In this document: piece by piece, positions 9,566-18,404 of the stretch
Layout: every line of letters begins with the position of its first letter
How positions within the stretch are numbered: the first letter of the stretch is position 1
Assembly: GCA_025839675.1 (NCBI GenBank)
Contig: CP104013.1
Span: forward strand, 210,001-242,000
From: Candidatus Lokiarchaeum ossiferum
Lineage (GTDB): Archaea; Asgardarchaeota; Lokiarchaeia; Sigyniarchaeales; Promethearchaeaceae
DNA length: 32,000 nucleotides
Direction: 5' to 3'
Notes under the pieces: generated by a model
What the model was told of the DNA's origin: nothing
The model's input: only the letters and a program-made list of their open reading frames with translations
The model's database searches: none
Translations under genes and position numbers: made by a program

Positions 9566-11569
9566 TTAATTTCCTCCTAACACACCTTTAATTATGGCCA
9601 TCAACTGTTTAGTTGTAAAATGATTTTGTAATATGGCATTGCTTGGGCAAGTGCTCACACAAGTTCCACATCCTTTGCATTTAATACTATTGATTTTTGC
9701 TTTACCAATAGATTCATCAAAAGTTATGGCTCCATATGGGCACTGGCCTATACACGAACGACAACCTGAACATAAGCCATTTTGTACTATTGAATAATAG
9801 GGATCAACCTCTACTTCTCCTTTAGCCATAAGCACTGCAGCACCTGCAGCAGCACCTTTCGCTTGTGAGACAGCATCGGGAATATCCTTTGGTCCTTGAG
9901 CCACACCAGCAATAAAAATTCCATCTGTCAATGAATCAACAGGACGCAATTTGGGATGTGCTTCCATTAAAAATCCATCGGTTGATTGTTGAATGGATAA
10001 TAATGAAGTGATATTCTTAGTATCAGATCGAGATTCTACTCCAGTGGATAATACAACTAAATCTGCATTTATATTGATTGGTCTTGAAAGAAAAGTATCC
10101 TCGGCTCGAATATATAATGTTTTGTCTGGATTTTCTTGAATTTCTGCAAGTCGCCCTCGCATATATTTAATACCAAATTGATGGCTAGAAGATTCATAAA
10201 ATTCTTCAAATCCTTTTCCGAAAGCTCGTATATCCATGTAAAATATATAACAATTTGCATCTGGATGTTTTTCTTTGTATTGACGTGCTTGTTTGATCGC
10301 ATACATACAACACACGCGTGAACAATAAGCATGACATCCTTCCCGAGTATCTCGACTACCAATACATTGAAGCCAAACTACCGTATGGGGATCAGATCCA
10401 TCGGAGGGTTTAACGGGATGACCCAAGTTTGGGCCTGTACTGCTTAAATTTCGTTCCATCTCTAACCCGGTGATAACATTCTCATATTTTCCATATCCGT
10501 AATTTCCTAAGGGTGTTGGATCAATTGCATCATAGCCCGTGGCAACGATAATTGTTCCCACTTCTATATCCACTAATTTATCTACATCATCAAAATTTAT
10601 TGCTTGAGGTTCACAAACAGTTGTTTGTGCACAAATTCCACATTGGATACAACTATCCATATCTATTGTATATTGTCCTGGAACTGCTTGTGGAAATGGA
10701 ATGTAAATTGCTTTTCGTGGCCCCATTCCTAAATCAAACTCATTTGGAACAGTAACTGGACAGTGCATTGCGCATTCTCCACATCCCGTACATTGACCTT
10801 GATTTACATAGTGGGCTTTTTGCCTAATCGTAACTTCAAAGTTCCCGACATAACCATCTACGTTTTCTACTTCACTATAACTCATTATGGTGATATTGGG
10901 ATTCCGGGATACTTCTACCATTTTTGGAGTTAAAATACAACTAGAACAATCCATTGTTGGAAAAGTTTTATCAAGTTGCGCCATATGTCCCCCAATGGTT
11001 GTATCCTTCTCTATTAGATATACTTTAAAACCTTGATTGGCTAAATCAAGAGCAGAATTTATTCCTGCAATGCCTGCACCAATAATTAAGCAAGAAGGTT
11101 TTACTTTCACTTTTTGAGGTTCCAGGGCTTTTAATTGGGCCACTTTTGCTACTTGCATCCGAAGATGATCTTTGGAAATACGCGTTGCTCCAGGTTTATC
11201 GTACATATTTACCCATGTTCCATGCTCGCGAATATTCGCTTGGGCAAAATAAAAAGGGTTTAAATTTGACTCCTTTAATACTCTGCGAAAAGTAGATTCG
11301 TGCATTCGTGGTGAACAAGCTGCCACAACTACACGATTTACAAGACCTTCTTTGATATCTTTGGCAATCTCTGCTTGACCATTATCGGAACAATAAAATT
11401 TATATTGCTTTGCTAAAACAACATTCGGTAAAGTTTTGGCAAAGGCTTCCATCTCATCCATATCAATGACACCAGCGATATTTACACCGCAGTGACAAAG
11501 GTAAACACCTACACGGATGTCTCCAATATCGGTGGCTGTTATTTTTGGTTGTGAATTTGATTTACTCAT
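9566..11569 (-). CDS. hdrA: heterodisulfide reductase subunit A (FAD/Fe-S, electron-bifurcating type)
   Basis: 667 aa. N-terminal VGVYLCHCGVNIAGV. FAD-binding fold CLIIGAGIAGINSALDLANQGFKVYLIEK. Several CxxCxxCxxxCP ferredoxin motifs. Uninterrupted ORF with Cys, not TGA, throughout. Confidence 0.92.
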   Translation of the reverse strand: MSKSNSQPKITATDIGDIRVGVYLCHCGVNIAGVIDMDEMEAFAKTLPNVVLAKQYKFYCSDNGQAEIAKDIKEGLVNRVVVAACSPRMHESTFRRVLKESNLNPFYFAQANIREHGTWVNMYDKPGATRISKDHLRMQVAKVAQLKALEPQKVKVKPSCLIIGAGIAGINSALDLANQGFKVYLIEKDTTIGGHMAQLDKTFPTMDCSSCILTPKMVEVSRNPNITIMSYSEVENVDGYVGNFEVTIRQKAHYVNQGQCTGCGECAMHCPVTVPNEFDLGMGPRKAIYIPFPQAVPGQYTIDMDSCIQCGICAQTTVCEPQAINFDDVDKLVDIEVGTIIVATGYDAIDPTPLGNYGYGKYENVITGLEMERNLSSTGPNLGHPVKPSDGSDPHTVVWLQCIGSRDTREGCHAYCSRVCCMYAIKQARQYKEKHPDANCYIFYMDIRAFGKGFEEFYESSSHQFGIKYMRGRLAEIQENPDKTLYIRAEDTFLSRPININADLVVLSTGVESRSDTKNITSLLSIQQSTDGFLMEAHPKLRPVDSLTDGIFIAGVAQGPKDIPDAVSQAKGAAAGAAVLMAKGEVEVDPYYSIVQNGLCSGCRSCIGQCPYGAITFDESIGKAKINSIKCKGCGTCVSTCPSNAILQNHFTTKQLMAIIKGVLGGN

Positions 11570-11583
11570 AAGATCACCGTAAA

Positions 11584-12186
11584 TTATTTTTTCTCCTTTT
11601 TCTCTTGCTTTTCATCTTTAGATTCAGGAACAAAGCCCACCATTTTATCAAAGTCCAAATTGTGCATTAATGTCTGGATATCCTTTATGGTCTCTGGATG
11701 AGAGAGAGTTGTTGGTGGAACATTGGGCAATCCATAAGATTGTCTCATTTTGCTCCAATTATTATCGGGTTCTCCCTTGACAATCCCTAAAGGAACACCA
11801 TGACCTGTTTTAGCTAAAGTGTGAGTCACAGCAGTATGGGGTGGTTTCATGTAACCCCTCCGACTTGCGATGTTACGCAATTTGATGATTACATCGGTGA
11901 CTGGGATGTTTCTCGGGCATCGTTCATAGCAAGTGTAGCAAGTTGAGCATAACCAGATATCCTCCGATGAAATAACTTCATCTAACCCAATTAGTGCCTT
12001 TCGGATGATTTGGCGAGTTCGAATTGCCGTCCGTCTTCCTGAGGGACACCCTCCTGTACAAGTTCCACATTGAAAGCATGCTTTTACCACTTCCAAAGCT
12101 TCATCCAGAACTAATTGGTCGGAGATATCATTATTGATATCTAGTATTAAATCTGGGTTAATTTTTTCCATAGTTTTCCATTCCAT
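11584..12186 (-). CDS. hdrC: heterodisulfide reductase subunit C-like (2x[4Fe-4S])
   Basis: CFQCGTCTGGCP and CSTCYTCYERCP motifs with HdrC-like spacing. Lies 14 nt upstream of hdrA. Lys/Glu-rich C-terminal tail. Confidence 0.85.
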   Translation of the reverse strand: MEWKTMEKINPDLILDINNDISDQLVLDEALEVVKACFQCGTCTGGCPSGRRTAIRTRQIIRKALIGLDEVISSEDIWLCSTCYTCYERCPRNIPVTDVIIKLRNIASRRGYMKPPHTAVTHTLAKTGHGVPLGIVKGEPDNNWSKMRQSYGLPNVPPTTLSHPETIKDIQTLMHNLDFDKMVGFVPESKDEKQEKKEKK

Positions 12187-12629
12187 TGTTCTTGCATTTC
12201 ACGATATCAGATTACCAGGCAGTTTTAGGAGTTTTAAGTTCAACTCTCGTAAAAAAGTTCAAATACCTCAGTAATCTCGCAAATTAATGAAATTTAAATT
12301 TGAATGTTATAATTTTTTTCTCTCTGATTTAAAAAGATTAATTTATTTTATTTTGGAAAAACGGAGAATAACAATGAAGATTTTAGTCTTTTTTATCTCT
12401 TTTACCCATTTTATTTAGACTTAAGGGTCCTTTTCCATGATTTTTTTCCAAATTATGATCGATATGCGTTATTGCGTAGTCATTTTACAATAATTCCTTT
12501 TGAGGAAATAATTTAATCTATTTTCGGAAATAAGATGAAGCAAATCTTAAATAAGACTTTAAAGTTGGTTAATATCATTCTATTAAAAAAAAATTCACTT
12601 GGAATTTTTTATGAGTTGAGTCGAATAAA
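12187..12629. promoter_or_regulatory. divergent intergenic/promoter region between hdrC-hdrA-mvhD and the TPR-hdrB operon
   Basis: 443-bp AT-rich non-coding gap between divergently oriented genes. Several TATA-like A/T tracts are present. No specific site was resolved. Confidence 0.4.
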
Positions 12630-14453
12630 ATGGAAGACGTTGGAAAACAGATTCAAAAGCTAAAGAAACTCGATGAATCCGCTGAAAATTTAATTCATCT
12701 TGGGAATCTTTACCTTAAGAAACAAGATAAACTCGAAGCCCGATATTATTTTCAACAAGCAATCGAAAAATATCCTAGTCATATCGAAGGATATATCAAA
12801 TTGGGTGAGTTTAGCTTAGAACAAAATAAACTTAAAGAAGCGAATAATCATTTTAGCAAAGCCTATGATATTGACAGTAAAAATGTCGAAGTGCTCATAG
12901 GATTGATTAAAACCCATTTGAAACGTGATGGATTATCGTTCGCTGATAGGTATTCAGAAAAAGCAATAAAAGTCGCTCCTGAAAATGTAGAAATCTTATT
13001 TTTAGCAGGATTAACGAAATTGAAACAACATAATATATTTTATGCTAAAAAATATCTAAATCTCGCTATGGAAAAGCAAGATGCTGAATTTATGCCATTT
13101 ATCCGATTTTATCTCGGTGTCTTGCTCGTAAAACAAGGACTTTTCGAAACCGCATTAGATCATTTCCGAGCAATTCAAGAAAGTGCACCATTCCAAAATA
13201 TTGATTTAAAAAATGGCCAAGCTTTACGAAACAATGTAGCTTACACCGAATTTCGTGTGGGCAATATTGAAAAAGCCGAAAAATTATTTGTTGAATTAAC
13301 CTCAACTGCAAAAGCAGTGGATCCTTATATTTGGGTCAATTTAGGGCAAATTTATTGGATACAAAACAAAGTAGAAGATGCGGTCAAAGCTTTGGAAACT
13401 GCTCATAAAATGGATTCTCGTTCATGGCCTTGGATGAGGGAAACTCGAGAGTATTTAGAAACTGGAGAAAAAGGATTGGCTCAGAAAATTAATGGACTTA
13501 TGAAAGAAAATCCCAATGGGTTAAACCTTGGAATGTATTTAGGGTGTGTTATTCCAAATCGTTATCCATTTATAGATGCCGCTTCTCGCCATGTGTTAGA
13601 TGCCATGAAAGTTGGTGTCGCAGAACTTGAAGGAGCAGGATGTTGTCCTGCTCCCGGTGTGTTTCGATCCTTCGATATTAACACTTGGATGACTTTAGGC
13701 GCTCGTAATATTACCATCGCTGAAGATATGAATCGGAATATGTGTATTATGTGTAATGGCTGTTTTGGAACGCTTAATGATATTAACACAGAACTGAAGG
13801 AAGATAAAACTAAACGAGATTTTGTTAATAAGCAACTTAAAGAGATTGGAAAAGAATTTAAAGGCACTGTTGATGCAGAACACCTTGTTTGGATTCTATT
13901 TAACGATATTGGGATTGAAAATATAAAGAAAAAAATAGTCCATAAATTGGGTTATAAAGTTGCCGTGCACTACGGTTGTCATATTATTAAACCAAGTCAC
14001 AATAAACCATGGGCCGATAGTTCAGAAACTCCTGAATTCATTGATAAATTGGTTGAAATTACCGGATGTCAATCTGTGCCCTATCGTGATAAACTTATGT
14101 GTTGTGGTGCAGGTGGTGGTCTTCGAGGGTCTGAAAAAGAAATTTCTTTGGATTTTACTCGAGATAAACTCGAATCCATTCGTAATGCTGGTGTGGATAT
14201 AATTATTGATTGTTGTCCTTTCTGTCATTTGCAATTAGATTTAGGTCAGATGGAAATCAATGGATTATTCAAAGATAAAATTTCCGCGCCCTTCAAAATT
14301 CCTGTTATTTATATCACCCAGCTATTAGGTCTTGCGATGGGTATGGATCCATATCGATTGGGGTTGCAAAAAACACCCGTTCCGAAAGGTCTTCCGCCTT
14401 TTACTCCCGTTGACTCCATTTTTACACAATTGAGTGACGACCTAGATCTCTAA
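12630..14453 (+). CDS. hdrB: TPR-repeat domain fused to heterodisulfide reductase subunit B (two CCG domains)
   Basis: Residues ~1-290 are TPR-like (LGNLYLKKQDKLEARYYFQQAIEKYPSHIEGYIKLGEF...). Residues ~300-607 carry two CCG-domain patterns: LGCVIPNRY...GAGCCPAPG...CNGCFG and HYGCHIIKP...MCCGAGGG...CCPFCHLQ. Confidence 0.88.
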   Translation: MEDVGKQIQKLKKLDESAENLIHLGNLYLKKQDKLEARYYFQQAIEKYPSHIEGYIKLGEFSLEQNKLKEANNHFSKAYDIDSKNVEVLIGLIKTHLKRDGLSFADRYSEKAIKVAPENVEILFLAGLTKLKQHNIFYAKKYLNLAMEKQDAEFMPFIRFYLGVLLVKQGLFETALDHFRAIQESAPFQNIDLKNGQALRNNVAYTEFRVGNIEKAEKLFVELTSTAKAVDPYIWVNLGQIYWIQNKVEDAVKALETAHKMDSRSWPWMRETREYLETGEKGLAQKINGLMKENPNGLNLGMYLGCVIPNRYPFIDAASRHVLDAMKVGVAELEGAGCCPAPGVFRSFDINTWMTLGARNITIAEDMNRNMCIMCNGCFGTLNDINTELKEDKTKRDFVNKQLKEIGKEFKGTVDAEHLVWILFNDIGIENIKKKIVHKLGYKVAVHYGCHIIKPSHNKPWADSSETPEFIDKLVEITGCQSVPYRDKLMCCGAGGGLRGSEKEISLDFTRDKLESIRNAGVDIIIDCCPFCHLQLDLGQMEINGLFKDKISAPFKIPVIYITQLLGLAMGMDPYRLGLQKTPVPKGLPPFTPVDSIFTQLSDDLDL

Positions 14454-14465
14454 ACTGATCCCCTC

Positions 14466-14496
14466 CATTCACTTATATTCAAGTGAATGCTTTTTT
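14466..14496 (+). terminator. hairpin plus T6 after the TPR-hdrB gene
   Basis: Arms CATTCACTT (14466-14474) and AAGTGAATG (14481-14489) are followed by TTTTTT (14491-14496). Confidence 0.5.
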
Positions 14497-14552
14497 AGAA
14501 ATGATAAATTTAACAAAATATTAGCACTTCGTAAAATAACGAGGAAATAACT

Positions 14553-15308
14553 ATGGCTTTCCCTAAACTATCTAAAGTAATTGACGAATCACAAATTAAA
14601 ATTGAGCAAAAATACTTAGTGAAAAAGTATGAGCTCATCTTAGATCGACTCAAATGTGTTGGATGTGGACAATGCAGTATTGTCTGTCCTAAAGACGCTA
14701 TTTTATTCGGTCCAGCTGCTGCTGTTTACGAAAATAAACCCAAAGATTTGAATGCCGCTGTTATTGATACAGTAGATGAAGAAAAATGTGTCTATTGCGG
14801 TACTTGCACCGTGTTCTGCCCCTTTGATGCCATTCATGTTTATGAAGATGGTGAAAAAATCAAAATGGAAGATTTGGATATTATCAAGCATAACTCCTTA
14901 CCAACCCTAAATGCAGAAATGGTGGCTTGTTCCAATTTAGGAAGAGATGCAAAAGTCTATTGGGAAGGAGAAATTGAAGTAAAATTCAAAATGCCAGAAG
15001 ATAAAACCGAATTCAAGCAAATCTATACTAATAAATGCCCAGGTGATTGTCACAAATGTGACCAAATTTGTCCTACTGATGCTATCAAGTTCCGCGAAAT
15101 GGAAGATGCATGGAAATCGAAAATTCTGATGGAAGTCGATGACGAAAAATGTATCAATTGTGGCGCTTGTGCTCTGGTCTGTCCTCAAGATTTTTATGCC
15201 GTTCGATGGACAAAAGTGAAAACTACTGGTGCTTACAACCAAATCTTCTGGGATCCAATCAAAGAAAAACTCTTGGGTCAAAGAGTGGTCTTTTCTAAAG
15301 AAGAATAA
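14553..15308 (+). CDS. polyferredoxin (4x CxxCxxCxxxCP)
   Basis: Motifs CVGCGQCSIVCP, CVYCGTCTVFCP, CPGDCHKCDQICP and CINCGACALVCP. Confidence 0.85.
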   Translation: MAFPKLSKVIDESQIKIEQKYLVKKYELILDRLKCVGCGQCSIVCPKDAILFGPAAAVYENKPKDLNAAVIDTVDEEKCVYCGTCTVFCPFDAIHVYEDGEKIKMEDLDIIKHNSLPTLNAEMVACSNLGRDAKVYWEGEIEVKFKMPEDKTEFKQIYTNKCPGDCHKCDQICPTDAIKFREMEDAWKSKILMEVDDEKCINCGACALVCPQDFYAVRWTKVKTTGAYNQIFWDPIKEKLLGQRVVFSKEE

Positions 15309-15320
15309 TTTGGTTCTCAC

Positions 15321-15329
15321 TTTTTTTTT
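15321..15329 (+). terminator. oligo-T (T9) tract after the polyferredoxin gene
   Basis: A T9 run starts 13 nt after the stop codon, which resembles an archaeal oligo-T termination signal. Confidence 0.4.
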
Positions 15330-15529
15330 CCCTCCTTTATGTGTTTGAAATACAGAGTTATAAGAAAATCATTCACTATTATTGAAGCAAAGAAAATTTA
15401 GGTAAAAAAAACCTTAATTAACCTTAGAAAAAAGAATTAGATTTCTTAAATTGTTTCAAAAAAAATGAAATCTTTACAATTCTATTTAAACCCCAAATCT
15501 ATAAATAAAATGTATTTTAGATCAAAAAT

Positions 15530-17227
15530 GTGCAAGATATTTCTTCAAATCAGTTTTATTGGTTAAAGCCAAAACTTATTCAAAACTTAAGATTCATTTC
15601 ATCGGTAATTGCTTTACTTTTTGTCATTCTTGGATTTCTTACTAATGATCATTTTAGATGGTATTCGTTAGCTATTGAAGTGATATTGATATTCCCTTAC
15701 TTCTTAAAATCAAAAATTAGAAATCTATTTGGAATGTATTTAGGTTGTTTTGGAATTTCTTTCATTTTACTTGTAAAATCTGCTTTGGATGGGACTGGTG
15801 CCATTTTAAATATTATTTCAATTATTATCATTATTTCGGCTTTACTCCGAAATAAGAAATTTACTCTATTCCTTTCTATTTTTAGTGGGGTAAGTATTAT
15901 CGCAATCACGTTTTTCGGAAAACTTGACCTTTTTCCTGAGATGATACCTGGAACCTCACTACAATATGATAATTCAAGTTCAATTCCATTGATTACATTG
16001 ATAGTTGCAGCTCTTTTATCCTATTATATAATTGATTTCTTGATTGAGTCTATTTTAAAGCAACAAGAAATTAATAGGATTCTTAAAAAAGATCAAGAAC
16101 AATTAATCATCTCTGAGAAACTTGCTTCGCTCAGTTTACTCGCTGGAGGAATAGCCCATGATTTCAATAATTATCTCACAGCAATTTTGGGGAATTTAAA
16201 CTTATTAAAGATGGACGTTGAATCAAATCAAGATTTATATGAACTCGTTCAAGATGCAGAAATTGCCACAAATCAAGCAAAAGAACTGACAAATCAGCTC
16301 TCGACATTATCAAAAGGTGGCCATCCCATAAAAAAGAAACTTGTCTCAATTGAAGAAAATATCAAAAAAATTGTTCGATTTCACTTATCTGGTTCCAATG
16401 TGAAACCATCATTTGATATGAATTTGGAAGAATGGACGATTGAAGCTGACGTTGGTCAATTCAGTCAAGTTATTCAAAATTTGACCATAAATGCAAAACA
16501 AGCCATGCCTGATGGGGGTAGTTTATTGGTTGAATCCCATTACTTAAACCTCCCTTCTACTAATACATATAATGTAAACGAAGGAAATTATATTCAAGTA
16601 AAATTTATTGATACGGGTAAAGGAATACTCAAGCAAAATTATAAAAAGATCTTTGATCCTCATTTTTCCACTAAGAAGGAAGGTCTTGGACTCGGATTGA
16701 TGATTTGTCAAAAAATAGTGTCTGCACATGAAGGAATTATTTCTTTATCTTCTCAAGTTGGCAAAGGATCTGAGTTTACAATACTACTTCCTGCAATCCA
16801 AAGTTCACAAATATTCCAAAGAAACGAAGACTCTATGATTCAAAATTTTGCATATAGTGTTCTCGTATTGGATGATGATCCTAAAATTTTAACCATTTTG
16901 AAAAAAATGCTTAACCGACTTGGAAGTACGGTGTTTACAACCAAAGAAGGCAAGGAAATTTTAGATCTGTATAAATCATTGATAGAAGGAGATCAAAAGA
17001 TTGATTTCTTAATACTTGATTTAACAATACCCGGTGGAATGGGGGGATTGGAAGTTATGAAGCATCTTCTGAAAATAAATCCTGAAGTTCGCGTGATAGT
17101 TTCTAGTGGTTATTCAAAAGATCCTGTCCTAAATCAGCATGTTAAGTATGGATTCAAAAGCGTCCTAAAAAAACCTTATCATATCGAAGAACTAAAGTTA
17201 GCCATCAACGAATGCATGAAAAATTAA
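15530..17227 (+). CDS. hybrid sensor histidine kinase (multi-TM sensor, HisKA, HATPase_c, C-terminal receiver)
   Basis: GTG start in the track. About 170 aa of hydrophobic helices. H-box LAGGIAHDFNNYLTAILGN, N-box NLTINAKQAM, G-boxes DTGKGI and GLGLGL. Receiver domain VLVLDDD...ILDLTIPGGMGG...KKP. Confidence 0.88.
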   Translation: MQDISSNQFYWLKPKLIQNLRFISSVIALLFVILGFLTNDHFRWYSLAIEVILIFPYFLKSKIRNLFGMYLGCFGISFILLVKSALDGTGAILNIISIIIIISALLRNKKFTLFLSIFSGVSIIAITFFGKLDLFPEMIPGTSLQYDNSSSIPLITLIVAALLSYYIIDFLIESILKQQEINRILKKDQEQLIISEKLASLSLLAGGIAHDFNNYLTAILGNLNLLKMDVESNQDLYELVQDAEIATNQAKELTNQLSTLSKGGHPIKKKLVSIEENIKKIVRFHLSGSNVKPSFDMNLEEWTIEADVGQFSQVIQNLTINAKQAMPDGGSLLVESHYLNLPSTNTYNVNEGNYIQVKFIDTGKGILKQNYKKIFDPHFSTKKEGLGLGLMICQKIVSAHEGIISLSSQVGKGSEFTILLPAIQSSQIFQRNEDSMIQNFAYSVLVLDDDPKILTILKKMLNRLGSTVFTTKEGKEILDLYKSLIEGDQKIDFLILDLTIPGGMGGLEVMKHLLKINPEVRVIVSSGYSKDPVLNQHVKYGFKSVLKKPYHIEELKLAINECMKN

Positions 17228-17236
17228 ATTCAATGC

Positions 17237-17261
17237 AAATTATAAGTTAATCTTATAATTT
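17237..17261 (+). terminator. perfect 10-bp A/T hairpin just after the kinase stop
   Basis: AAATTATAAG (17237-17246), loop TTAAT, CTTATAATTT (17252-17261). No clear T-run follows, so the function is uncertain. Confidence 0.3.
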
Positions 17262-17398
17262 AAGATGAATCAACCCTGGTAATATGTTGTTAGGAAACAA
17301 AATTTGATATACTCAAGTTCTTTCTCCAAAAATTTGAATAAAGTGAAAGTAAATACCGTTTGAATAAAGAAGAAAACTAATAAATAAAATGATTAACT

Positions 17399-18223
17399 AT
17401 GATTCCACCCCTGACACCCACTTTCACCCTTAACAATGGAATATCCATGCCTCGGGTTGGCTTAGGTACATACATGCTTTCAGGGACATTGGGCAAACTC
17501 ACAATGAAGCAAGCAATTAAATTAGGTTATCGATTGTTTGATACTGCAACTTTATATGGCAATGAGCAAGAATTGGGGCAATGTCTTGCTGAGTCAGGAT
17601 TATCACGGCAAGAATTTTTCATTACTACTAAAGTTTGGAACTCGGATCAAGGGTATGCTTCAACCTTGCGAGCTTTTGAGATAAGTCTTAAGCAATTAAA
17701 CTTGGAATATGTTGATTTATACTTAATACATTGGCCAGTACCAGGGAAACGAAAAGATACATGGCGTGCCTTAGAAAAATTATACTCTGATGAAAAATGC
17801 CGCGCAATTGGGGTGAGCAATTATTATATTCCCCATATTGAAGAGCTTTTAAGTTATGCTTTCATTCCCCCCATGGTGAATCAAGTGGAATTTAGCCCTT
17901 TTTTATTTCTTCCTGAACTTCTTACCTATTGTAAAAATCATGATATTCTTCTACAGTGTTATTCCCCTTTAACCCATGGCAATCGCATTTATGATTCTGG
18001 TATTCAATCTGTTGCCCAATCCTATCAGAAAACAGAAGCCCAAGTTCTGCTTAAATGGAGCTTGCAACATAATACCAGCGTGATTCCAAAAGCCTCCTCC
18101 AAAAAACATCTCGAAGAAAATATTACTCTGTTTGATTTCGAATTATCATCGTCCGATATGCTCCGTTTAGATCAATTGCATGAAAACTTACATACTGATT
18201 GGGATCCCAGCACAGTTTTGTAA
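17399..18223 (+). CDS. aldo/keto reductase (2,5-diketo-D-gluconate reductase-like)
   Basis: 274 aa. AKR catalytic-tetrad contexts are present: FDTATLYGNE (D, Y), ITTKVW (K) and LYLIHWP (H). Confidence 0.88.
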   Translation: MIPPLTPTFTLNNGISMPRVGLGTYMLSGTLGKLTMKQAIKLGYRLFDTATLYGNEQELGQCLAESGLSRQEFFITTKVWNSDQGYASTLRAFEISLKQLNLEYVDLYLIHWPVPGKRKDTWRALEKLYSDEKCRAIGVSNYYIPHIEELLSYAFIPPMVNQVEFSPFLFLPELLTYCKNHDILLQCYSPLTHGNRIYDSGIQSVAQSYQKTEAQVLLKWSLQHNTSVIPKASSKKHLEENITLFDFELSSSDMLRLDQLHENLHTDWDPSTVL

Positions 18224-18308
18224 GACTTGAAAAGCGATCGGCGCCCATGGATGTGAACCATCAAGTTTTTTGCCTATCATGATTTTTTATTATTTACTAT
18301 ATATCCAT

Positions 18309-18401
18309 GGCTCCGAGCGGCCGGGGTGGTCCCTGGCGCCGGACTTCAAATCCGGTCTATCCTCACCCGATTGGGGGTTCGATTCCCCCTCAGAGCCGCC
18401 A
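18309..18401 (+). tRNA. tRNA-Sec (anticodon UCA), encoded CCA end
   Basis: Hand fold: acceptor GGCTCCGAG/CTCAGAGCC (9 bp, one C-A mismatch). D-stem GCCGGGG/CCCTGGC (7 bp) with a 4-nt loop TGGT. Anticodon stem GCCGGA/TCCGGT (6 bp) with loop CT-TCA-AA. Long variable region. T-arm GGGG-TTCGATT-CCCC. Discriminator G plus CCA. The acceptor and T stems sum to 13 bp (9/4 or 8/5), the tRNA-Sec hallmark. Confidence 0.8.
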
Positions 18402-18404
18402 CAA

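Noticed and set aside
9091-11569. Possible selenoprotein (in-frame TGA) versions of HdrA and MvhD, considered because tRNA-Sec is nearby.
   Set aside because: Both ORFs are full-length and uninterrupted, with Cys at the Fe-S and redox positions. Neither has an in-frame TGA or a truncated-then-resuming frame.
6052-15320. Short track ORFs nested in or antisense to aor, the 359-aa gene, mvhD, hdrA, TPR-hdrB and the polyferredoxin (e.g. 6052-6321, 6284-6535, 8536-8757, 9148-9345, 10069-10362, 10136-10321, 10552-10755, 13099-13311, 13562-13867, 13695-13883, 13960-14202, 14022-14234, 14703-14891, 14937-15320).
   Set aside because: Each is fully overlapped by a gene with strong family motifs. Their composition is typical of off-frame translation.
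15697-16729. Track ORFs 15697-15909 and 16544-16729, antisense to the histidine kinase.
   Set aside because: They are overlapped by a well-supported kinase gene and have no motifs.
18233-18250. GC-rich run of three adjacent 6-bp palindromes (CGATCG, GGCGCC, CCATGG) between the AKR stop and the tRNA.
   Set aside because: It is striking in an AT-rich genome. However, it is only ~18 bp, forms no extended hairpin and has no repeat partner in the window, so I cannot assign a function.
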